Part shown: piece by piece, positions 28,360-35,628 of the stretch
How the letters are laid out: every line of letters starts with the position of its first letter
Numbering within the stretch: position 1 is the first letter of the stretch
From: a virus
Taxonomy: Duplodnaviria > Heunggongvirae > Uroviricota > Caudoviricetes
Virus record (IMG/VR): IMGVR_UViG_2706794693_000007
Strand: one strand, 5' to 3'
DNA length: 39,432 bases
The notes under the pieces: generated by a model
Database searches by the model: none
What the model was told of the DNA's origin: nothing
The model's input: only the letters and a program-made list of their open reading frames with translations
Position numbers and translations under genes: made by a program

Positions 28360-28860
28360 TCAGACTTTCGGCAAATCGTAACGACATAACCATTCATCCG
28401 CCGAACGGCGGGCCTCAAGACCGGGGAGTTTTACCCCCTTTGAATAAATCCAGCGGATATACTGCTTACAGGACGCGGGCATCTGCCCGGCATTGATAAG
28501 GCGCAGGAGCGTGGAGTTGCGAAAGTTCGTTTCACCGGCCCAGAAAATCCAGGAGGCCAGCGCCACCGTCTGACCACGGGTAAGCGGCACCTGAACATGA
28601 CGATCGATAGCCGCAAAGGCCCATTTCATGTCCTTTTCCAGCAGCTCCAGACACTCTTCATCAGTTTTTGTCATCCCCGGTTTCACATCCGGGCCGGTAT
28701 GGCCGTAACAGATGGTGGGGGTGCCGGTGGGATCAATGTACGTGGTGTTTTCTTTCCCTTCCCAGTAGCCGGTGTAGTGCGTGGCAATGGTGAACGTCCC
28801 GGCTCCGGCCAGAACAAGGGCAATCAGCTTTTTACGCAGGGGTGCGGGGAGTTTTGGCAT
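28360..28860 (-). CDS. SAR endolysin (T4-lysozyme-type, signal-arrest-release N-terminus)
   Basis: 166 aa; Gly/Ala-rich weakly hydrophobic N-terminus LIALVLAGAGTFTIATHY; lysozyme block YWEGKENTTYIDPTGTPTICYGHT. Confidence 0.8.
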   Translation of the reverse strand: MPKLPAPLRKKLIALVLAGAGTFTIATHYTGYWEGKENTTYIDPTGTPTICYGHTGPDVKPGMTKTDEECLELLEKDMKWAFAAIDRHVQVPLTRGQTVALASWIFWAGETNFRNSTLLRLINAGQMPASCKQYIRWIYSKGVKLPGLEARRSADEWLCRYDLPKV

Positions 28861-28931
28861 TGTTACGCTGTCTCATGGTGTTCTCTGAGTCAGCGTAACC
28901 GTGAGGAAAAGGGGGCAGGATTTGCGGAATA

Positions 28932-29354
28932 TCAGAAAAGCCGTGGCTGCGTGCGTTCCTGATGCAGGCGACGCTGGTTGCGGATAACGGAGTAAATCTG
29001 CGTCTCTGACATCTGGTAGTGGCGGCGCAGGGTTTCAATTTTTTCGCCCTGGCTCCAGCGGGAAAAAATTTCATTATTGCGCAGTTCGGTGAAAAGGGAT
29101 TCACCGACCGGGAGATAATAACCACGCCCGCCCATGTACCCGGCCTGTGCGGCTGCAACCTTACGGGCAAGCATTCCCGCCTGAGCAGGTTCAATCCCCT
29201 GACGGTGCAGTTCAGCACTGATCACATCAACCAGGTCCCGCAGCGTGCCGGGCCAGTTCTTTTTCAGCTCATCATCAGGAATATCATCCAGACGGTCAAT
29301 CAGCGCGTGCAGCTGTTCGCTGTCACCAAACATGCTCATCTGTGTTTCAGCCAT
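28932..29354 (-). CDS. Mor/C-family transcriptional activator of middle/late genes
   Basis: 140 aa; C-terminal HTH FSRWSQGEKIETLRRHYQMSETQIYSVIR; located between GemA-like gene and lysis genes. Confidence 0.75.
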   Translation of the reverse strand: MAETQMSMFGDSEQLHALIDRLDDIPDDELKKNWPGTLRDLVDVISAELHRQGIEPAQAGMLARKVAAAQAGYMGGRGYYLPVGESLFTELRNNEIFSRWSQGEKIETLRRHYQMSETQIYSVIRNQRRLHQERTQPRLF

Positions 29355-29424
29355 ACCCGCCTCCGGTCATCATTACACAGGGCAAGTTTAAAATAAAAAT
29401 CCCGCGCTGTGGCGGGATTTGGGG

Positions 29425-29937
29425 TTAACGGGGGAATGATTTTTCATACAGCCTGCAAACACGCTCATAACTCATCACTGCACGTTCCGACATATCCAGG
29501 GCTGCCAGCATTTTGCGGCGGTGCCAGCGTTTGAGACGCTCCAGCACATCAGAGGCCAGCGCGGGTTGTTGCTCCAGCCACTGCCAGTTAGCCACACCTT
29601 CGCCGTCGTTCTGCGCGGCCGTCTGCGATTTCACCCAGCGGTTAAGGGCCGTTTCCCCGCCATCAGAGATAAATCCCTGCCGGTGCATCACTTTCCAGAT
29701 GGCGCGAATTTTGGCGGTCACCGTACCCGGTTTTAAGGCCCGGTTAACCGGCTTCTGACGCACTTTAAAACCGCGTTTTTTGAAAACATCCAGCACGCGG
29801 GATAACTCACCGGGTGACATATCACGGCAACTGGATTTGCCGGTGGCTGCCAGCAGCGCGGATGTATAGGTATCATGGTCAAGCTGTAGATCGCGTTTTG
29901 CGACATGTATTAAGGTAATCAGGGAAGCGCGATTCAT
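29425..29937 (-). CDS. GemA-like protein (Mu gp16 family)
   Basis: 170 aa; N-terminal LITLIHVAKRDLQLDHDTYTSALLAATGK resembles the GemA signature; precedes Mor as in Mu. Confidence 0.65.
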   Translation of the reverse strand: MNRASLITLIHVAKRDLQLDHDTYTSALLAATGKSSCRDMSPGELSRVLDVFKKRGFKVRQKPVNRALKPGTVTAKIRAIWKVMHRQGFISDGGETALNRWVKSQTAAQNDGEGVANWQWLEQQPALASDVLERLKRWHRRKMLAALDMSERAVMSYERVCRLYEKSFPR

Positions 29938-29950
29938 TATCGTGGCTCCA

Positions 29951-29980
29951 TAAAAAATGGGCGGTGTTACCGCACCGCCA
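29951..29980 (-). terminator. Candidate intrinsic terminator on the minus strand upstream of GemA
   Basis: 7-bp stem GGCGGTG/CACCGCC with 6-nt loop, followed on the minus strand by TTTTTT. Confidence 0.4.
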
Positions 29981-30007
29981 TGTCAATTAACATAAAAGGA
30001 AAAATCT

Positions 30008-30247
30008 ATGTCAGATATAAAAAATGCACTTGATGTTGCCGCATTCACAATGGCTGGAAATCTTATGGTAACCCTGTTCGATAAGGGGCTGATTTCCCGT
30101 GAGGAGGCAATACATATTATCAATCTCGCTCAAAAAAACTCTACCCCGGAAAATGCAGAAGATATCCAGGATGGCTCATATATTAATACCGACTGGCATT
30201 TCGACAATCTCCGGGCCTGTATGGGGATTACCGCTGAAAAAGATTAA
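30008..30247 (+). CDS. Hypothetical 79-aa protein encoded antisense to the early operon
   Basis: RBS AAAGGA before ATG; convergent with and overlapping by 20 nt the 3' end of the minus-strand gene 30228-30524. Confidence 0.5.
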   Translation: MSDIKNALDVAAFTMAGNLMVTLFDKGLISREEAIHIINLAQKNSTPENAEDIQDGSYINTDWHFDNLRACMGITAEKD

Positions 30248-30524
30248 AAATTTTTGCATAATGTTCAGATGTAAGAATTGCTGAACCATCAACACCGAGC
30301 CTACGGCGAACGTATTCCTCGCGGGCTATTTTATTATCCAGAGATACAGCATCCTTAATCAGGTTAATCTCCCGCTCCATTATCAAAAGGGCTTCTCTGG
30401 CTGCAAGATTTTCTTTTATCGCATATTCGATAATGTCCCGCATACGTTCAAGCATGCCGATTTTAGCCAGTTCTTCGTCGATAGATTTAGGCGCAAATTT
30501 GATTTCTTTTTCCATATTATTCAT
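30228..30524 (-). CDS. Hypothetical 98-aa helical protein; start moved to ATG 30524
   Basis: GAGG RBS, start overlaps stop of upstream small zinc-ribbon ORF; AT-rich. Confidence 0.55.
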   Translation of the reverse strand: MNNMEKEIKFAPKSIDEELAKIGMLERMRDIIEYAIKENLAAREALLIMEREINLIKDAVSLDNKIAREEYVRRRLGVDGSAILTSEHYAKIFNLFQR

Positions 30525-30660
30525 CCTCACAATTTATACATGCAGTGTCGTCGCCCATATCGCAGTGGTTACATTTTATCTCACCACAATGTGGGCACTC
30601 TTTCAGATACTCCGGGTCCTCATTTCCACAGGTGGGACATTCAACAATTTGCTCATCCAT
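30517..30660 (-). CDS. Small zinc-ribbon protein (47 aa, four CxxC pairs), absent from the ORF track
   Basis: MDEQIVECPTCGNEDPEYLKECPHCGEIKCNHCDMGDDTACINCEDE; ATG overlaps upstream stop and its stop overlaps the downstream start (translational coupling). Confidence 0.5.
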   Translation of the reverse strand: MDEQIVECPTCGNEDPEYLKECPHCGEIKCNHCDMGDDTACINCEDE

Positions 30661-30985
30661 TATGTATCCCCTGTAATTCCGGCAAGGCCGAAAGATGGCA
30701 CCAGTGCGTCACCTGTCCGTCCTCATCTTCAAGGCAGGCTCCGGTTTCTTCATCAATAAAAAAGCCTTCATACCCCATATGGCCGATGCGCAGTTCCTGT
30801 TGGTCACCATACTGAACAATCAGCACGACAGCCTCCATATCAGGCGGAAATGCGTCATCCAGTGAATGCCAGGGATAACCGCGCAAATCCCCGAAATAAA
30901 CGCCGGTCAGCGTTCCGCCACAGAGCGGCATTCCGGCGGCACACACAAGAGGTTCATCTGATTCAACAAATAAGGTCGTTATCAT
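30653..30985 (-). CDS. Hypothetical early protein (110 aa)
   Basis: ORF in early operon with overlapping stop/start to neighbours. Confidence 0.55.
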   Translation of the reverse strand: MITTLFVESDEPLVCAAGMPLCGGTLTGVYFGDLRGYPWHSLDDAFPPDMEAVVLIVQYGDQQELRIGHMGYEGFFIDEETGACLEDEDGQVTHWCHLSALPELQGIHNG

Positions 30986-31533
30986 GGCGTTAACTCCCGT
31001 AATACAGCGTCCTCGGCAGTCCGGCGACGGTAATAAACTGCGTGAGCAGAATGTTCAGATATTCCAAACTTTTCGCCAATTTCCCGGAATGACAGACGGC
31101 GTGGGTAATCGGAATCACGCAGCTCACGTATAAGACGTACATCATCATCAGATATGCGCGTGCCGGGGCGTAACTCTCCGCACTTTGTTAATCCAGCACC
31201 AATCATTCCTGCCCGACATCTGACAGAATCTTTATTACGTCCGAGATATTCTCCCATTTGCTGGCAGGTCATTGTTCTGGCATTTTTTCGAATAAACTTA
31301 TCTTCATCAGGTGTAAATCTTGGGTGTTTATATTTCAGTAACTCCGGGTATGAACTGCGCAATACACCAGTCCGGTTATATACAGCCCAGACAGTTCTTT
31401 TTATTCTGGCAGCAATATCCTTAACCGGGGTGGATGAATAAAGCGCAATCAGCAGCGCATCTTCTTCAGGTGTCCACGGACGGACATGAGCGGGGGCGCG
31501 ACCTTTTAGTCCCATGGGTTGTAATTTCATCAT
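30982..31533 (-). CDS. Hypothetical early DNA-binding protein with two Myb/SANT-like repeats
   Basis: Repeats WTPEEDALLIALY... and FTPDEDKFIRKN...; 183 aa. Confidence 0.5.
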   Translation of the reverse strand: MMKLQPMGLKGRAPAHVRPWTPEEDALLIALYSSTPVKDIAARIKRTVWAVYNRTGVLRSSYPELLKYKHPRFTPDEDKFIRKNARTMTCQQMGEYLGRNKDSVRCRAGMIGAGLTKCGELRPGTRISDDDVRLIRELRDSDYPRRLSFREIGEKFGISEHSAHAVYYRRRTAEDAVLRELTP

Positions 31534-31536
31534 GCA

Positions 31537-32052
31537 TCACCCCCTGACTCGCTTTTCAGCAGCATAAAACTCATCAGACAGTATTTCGGTCATTTTCTGT
31601 TTTGCGGGTTTTACGCCGCACTGAAGGTAAATCACATCGTCAACGCAGAACCACTTCACAGGGCCAAACAGGATTGCCGAGAAATCAATACCCAACCAGA
31701 ACAACAGCGCATCGGTTCTGGCATACGTGACGGGCGAATATTCACGCCACAGACTGTTCAGTTCATCAGAGGCAACACGCAGGGTTTTAGGGATACGTGA
31801 TGTGCGCGGTGTGCAGCTCCAGCCATTCGACGCAGTCGGTTTTCGCCATAAGTCGCGATGAAAAGGATATTTGTCCTCCGTAAAACGCAGTCCCTTAAAG
31901 TAAAATCCACTGATACCGGATACAAATACCGACCGGCACGCAACATTCAGCACGGCCTCAAGGCGTTTTGCCTCATCCTTAACTTTCTGGCAGTCCTGCT
32001 GGTATTTTTGCCACGCAGCCAGCGCGGAAGGGTTTGATGTTTTAAAGAACAT
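31537..32052 (-). CDS. Hypothetical early protein (171 aa)
   Basis: ORF in early operon. Confidence 0.55.
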   Translation of the reverse strand: MFFKTSNPSALAAWQKYQQDCQKVKDEAKRLEAVLNVACRSVFVSGISGFYFKGLRFTEDKYPFHRDLWRKPTASNGWSCTPRTSRIPKTLRVASDELNSLWREYSPVTYARTDALLFWLGIDFSAILFGPVKWFCVDDVIYLQCGVKPAKQKMTEILSDEFYAAEKRVRG

Positions 32053-32585
32053 TACGCCACCTCCGCAGATATCCCGGCAGGCGCTGCTGTCCGGTCAACA
32101 ATCAGGTAGCGCAGAACATGTTCAGTGATATTCCAGCCGCTTAAACCGCAGATAATGACGCCCAGGCGTATGTCGATATACGCCATCACAAACTGGGGCA
32201 CGCCTTCTTTCATGGCCTGCTCATCAACTTCAGCCACCACATAAACGGTTTCACAGGTCAGAACGCCCTGAGCAAATTCCCACGCCATCGACGGAATATC
32301 ATGCCCCTCAATCCATGGCAGGGATTTTCTGAAGCCGCACCACTGAACATCATCAGCCGCAGATTCCTGGCTGCATTTGCGACGAACCGGCTGCACCGGG
32401 CGGGGACGCGGAATATCATAAAAACCGTTACATTCCGTCAGCACGCCTGCATCAACCGCATCACGCAGAAAATAAACCATGGAGGATGGCGGCATATTCA
32501 TTTTTTCAGCCAGTACACCGCAGGTCAGGCGGCCATAAATACACAGCCAGTTTTTAACCCCTTCAAGCACTTTTGCATCAATCAT
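32052..32585 (-). CDS. Hypothetical early protein (177 aa)
   Basis: ORF in early operon. Confidence 0.55.
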   Translation of the reverse strand: MIDAKVLEGVKNWLCIYGRLTCGVLAEKMNMPPSSMVYFLRDAVDAGVLTECNGFYDIPRPRPVQPVRRKCSQESAADDVQWCGFRKSLPWIEGHDIPSMAWEFAQGVLTCETVYVVAEVDEQAMKEGVPQFVMAYIDIRLGVIICGLSGWNITEHVLRYLIVDRTAAPAGISAEVA

Positions 32586-32730
32586 GATTTATTTCCCCAC
32601 CACATTATTAATGACGATATAAACGTATTTCATATTTCTTAACCCTTATTTTCTGTTTTCAGGCGCAAGCAGTCCCCTGACGCGAGCGCCATAATTAAAA
32701 TGAAGTGATATTTAATTGATTAATGCGGTG

Positions 32731-33261
32731 TTATTTATTCAGTCCGGCGTCCTGTTCAAAAGGCTCGACATAAAAACTTTCAGCGCCTTTATTCACCTTG
32801 ATACCGGCAATGCCTTTCACAGCATCCGGCTCCGCCAGGACGGCTTCCTTGTTCACTTCCTCTTTCGTGCGGATGAAACGCTCAAGCCCCATACGGCGCA
32901 GCATTTCAATCACACCTTCCACATCACGGCTGACGCTGCATGATGGCGTTCCCAGCCGCCATGACACCGTTCCGGTGGTCAGATTGGCTGTTTTGGTTTT
33001 GCCGCCGTTCGTCAGCTCATCACGGTTGGTTTTGCACCAGTCCTGAATCCCTTTAAAAAGCACTTTGATTTGCTTTTTAAGATTTTCAATCTGCGGCGTA
33101 TAACGGGCGGTGATTTCTGCCACTTCGTCATTCATCGCCGTTTCCAGGCGCAGCGCCTCTCGCTGAATATCTCCCAGGGTGCGGATATCACGGCTGACTT
33201 CTTCCCGGGTCTGCGGTGCCGCCTCGGCTGCGGCCTTTAATTTTGTAACGCGTTTAGCCAT
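32731..33261 (-). CDS. gam: Gam-like host-nuclease inhibitor (Ku-like DNA end-binding protein)
   Basis: 176 aa; sequence and size typical of Mu Gam; position in early region. Confidence 0.75.
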   Translation of the reverse strand: MAKRVTKLKAAAEAAPQTREEVSRDIRTLGDIQREALRLETAMNDEVAEITARYTPQIENLKKQIKVLFKGIQDWCKTNRDELTNGGKTKTANLTTGTVSWRLGTPSCSVSRDVEGVIEMLRRMGLERFIRTKEEVNKEAVLAEPDAVKGIAGIKVNKGAESFYVEPFEQDAGLNK

Positions 33262-33272
33262 TTTGTTTTTCC

Positions 33273-33566
33273 TTATTGCAGTGTGCCTGATGCTTTATGC
33301 ACGCGGTGGCGTTTAATGATGGCATCCGCTCCAAAAGACTGTGCAGATGCCTGAAATTCCGCTGAGAGAAACTGAATAATTGCAGGACTGTGATACTGGA
33401 GAATACTTGCATAAACGTCACAGAGTGACGTCGGCCTGTTATCCGTATCACGTTCTGTTTTCACATCCACTCCAATCTTTTCATGCACTTCAACACAGTC
33501 ATTGCCTGCCAACTTTTCGTCATGCGAAACATGATTAAATTCAAAAATAACGCGTACTTTGCTCAT
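33273..33566 (-). CDS. Small early protein, paralogue A (start at MSKVRVIFEF)
   Basis: AGGGG RBS; N-terminus MSKVRVIFEFNHV similar to the next gene. Confidence 0.5.
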   Translation of the reverse strand: MSKVRVIFEFNHVSHDEKLAGNDCVEVHEKIGVDVKTERDTDNRPTSLCDVYASILQYHSPAIIQFLSAEFQASAQSFGADAIIKRHRVHKASGTLQ

Positions 33567-33570
33567 GGAA

Positions 33571-33843
33571 TTACCCCTGTTGATTAAATTCATTACCGTT
33601 AATAACCCCGGAAGCCATGCCTCTGTCTTTCATGAATGCACTGGCTTTCATTGCCACAAACTCTGCGAAGTTTCTGCTTTCTGCCAGCATAACCACCCCA
33701 AAAATCATGGCGGGTCCATTATCTTTCTTCTTTATTCCGGTTGAACGTATATCCAGACTTACCCCTCTGTGCGTGCTGCCATCAGAGTTTTTGCAGATAA
33801 CATCTTCCTTGTATTCGAAAATAATGCGTACGACTTTACTCAT
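33571..33843 (-). CDS. Small early protein, paralogue B (MSKVVRIIFEYKED)
   Basis: RBS AGAGG; N-terminal similarity to 33273-33566. Confidence 0.5.
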   Translation of the reverse strand: MSKVVRIIFEYKEDVICKNSDGSTHRGVSLDIRSTGIKKKDNGPAMIFGVVMLAESRNFAEFVAMKASAFMKDRGMASGVINGNEFNQQG

Positions 33844-34121
33844 CCTCTGGTCCTCGTTCTGTTTGGATAACTGACCCGGCGTCTAACCTCACGGCAGAAC
33901 CGAATCATGGCATTAAAGGCTTCTTCCTCCGTCACCGCTTCCGGTATCCCCGGAACCAGTAACTGCTCCTGTTCATCACGTCCATGACGCGCCATAACCT
34001 CAATCACATGCCGTACCGTGGCAGGCTTTCCGGCAACTATCGGCAATGCACCTTCCGGCAGGACGTAACCAAACTCAATAAGACCACTCGACCACGCCCA
34101 TGCAATGAGATTTTTTTTCAC
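33840..34121 (-). CDS. Hypothetical early protein (93 aa)
   Basis: ORF in early operon. Confidence 0.5.
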   Translation of the reverse strand: MKKNLIAWAWSSGLIEFGYVLPEGALPIVAGKPATVRHVIEVMARHGRDEQEQLLVPGIPEAVTEEEAFNAMIRFCREVRRRVSYPNRTRTRG

Positions 34122-34122
34122 C

Positions 34123-34389
34123 TCACACCTCCCAGTAAACCGTGCAGCCGCTGATGCGGGTGGCCTTCACACGGCGGCGCAGGCCGTTGGTCTGTATGGT
34201 GATTTCAATTTCACCGGTTCCCTGCACGTTGCCTACCGGCGGCGTGGTTTTCAGTGCAAAACGTTGCGGATAGCGCTTACTGCGTTCCAGTACCGCACCG
34301 GCAAGTTCGGTCAGACGGCGCGCGCTGTTCAGGGAGTCGAATAAATTCATTTTGTTACCGCAGGATTGCATATTCATATAACACCTCAT
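34123..34389 (-). CDS. Hypothetical early protein (88 aa)
   Basis: ORF in early operon. Confidence 0.5.
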   Translation of the reverse strand: MRCYMNMQSCGNKMNLFDSLNSARRLTELAGAVLERSKRYPQRFALKTTPPVGNVQGTGEIEITIQTNGLRRRVKATRISGCTVYWEV

Positions 34390-34617
34390 TTAGCTGACTT
34401 GTTTCGCACCAACAGAACGGCATATTCCGCTGTAAACTTCTGTCGCACCTTCGCGATCAAGTCCGGCAGATATCACCATTCGTGTGCGGTCATTAAATTC
34501 AAAAAGTAAATCGCCACATTCTTTATTTTCGGCCAGTGAAATCACCTTCACGTTATCGAAATTAACCAGGTAAAAGCGTCCGTAAATATCAGGAATATTA
34601 AATACCGCCATAATCAC
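34390..34617 (-). CDS. Hypothetical early protein (75 aa) at the position of Mu kil
   Basis: Immediately downstream of B with overlapping stop/start; no sequence motif recognised. Confidence 0.45.
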   Translation of the reverse strand: MIMAVFNIPDIYGRFYLVNFDNVKVISLAENKECGDLLFEFNDRTRMVISAGLDREGATEVYSGICRSVGAKQVS

Positions 34618-35555
34618 ACCTGTGAGAGTAATTCAGGGTTGGTATAAACCTCTTTAAAGGCCGCATTAATATGTTTTTCTGTCAGCGCCGCGCCTTCACC
34701 GCTGGCGGTGAGCCACGCCTGGTTAAGCGTATGTGTCAGAACGCGTAACGCTCCCGGCTTTTCAGCGATAGCCTGCATGACGGCCAGCTCGGCCTCACCA
34801 CTGATCCCCCACGCCATGGCAATGGCCAGCACATCCGCCTTTTTGGCCTTGCGAAGTTGTTTTGTACGGGCAAGACGGCTGAACAGGCGCGATAAATCAT
34901 CAAAGGCGCGGCGTCCACCTTTAAACAATCCGCGCGGGTTACCAATAAGCACCATCCCGATCCCCGTGGCGTCCTGAATTGCCCGGAGTTGCTCCAGACC
35001 GTCAATACCAAGATGATCCGCCTCATCCACAATCACCAGTCCACGCGTTCCCATCAGGCGACGGCGGATGGCGCGGGATAATGCCCCTTTGTTCGCGCGG
35101 GTGTAATCAATCCCCAGCGCATCGGCCAGCTCCAGCAGACACTCCGTGACGCTGGAGTGCGCGGGTGACAGGGTGATCATCCAGGTGTTTGGTTGCTCCT
35201 GGCAGTAATTACGGGCAGTGGCCGTTTTACCCACACCCGGTACGCCCACAATAACGTTAATACAGCCCATCAGGCGAACCGCCTGAAACAGTGCGCGCAG
35301 CTCCTGGACTGTCTGAGTTTCCACAAACTGCGGCGGTTCCGGCAGTGCGCTTTGTTTATTCCAGTTCTCATACCAGGAGCGCAGGGAAGCAGCCACAGCA
35401 GCGTTATCGCCTTTATATTTTCCCTTACGGAAAGCCGATAATGTGCCGTCGGAAATTCCCGCCTCTCTGGCGATGGCATACTGCGTCAGTACGCCGCCAT
35501 CAATAAGTTCATCAATGGTCTTGATTACATCGTTAATATCGGTCATATTATTCAC
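34614..35555 (-). CDS. B: Mu B-like AAA+ ATPase (target DNA activator of transposition)
   Basis: 313 aa; Walker A VGVPGVGKT; N-terminal HTH; directly downstream of transposase. Confidence 0.9.
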   Translation of the reverse strand: MNNMTDINDVIKTIDELIDGGVLTQYAIAREAGISDGTLSAFRKGKYKGDNAAVAASLRSWYENWNKQSALPEPPQFVETQTVQELRALFQAVRLMGCINVIVGVPGVGKTATARNYCQEQPNTWMITLSPAHSSVTECLLELADALGIDYTRANKGALSRAIRRRLMGTRGLVIVDEADHLGIDGLEQLRAIQDATGIGMVLIGNPRGLFKGGRRAFDDLSRLFSRLARTKQLRKAKKADVLAIAMAWGISGEAELAVMQAIAEKPGALRVLTHTLNQAWLTASGEGAALTEKHINAAFKEVYTNPELLSQV

Positions 35556-35628
35556 CTCGCTTGAGACAGCATTCTCCGAGACTGAAACCTCAAATAACCT
35601 GAGTCACCCCTCGGGTTATTTTTTTATT

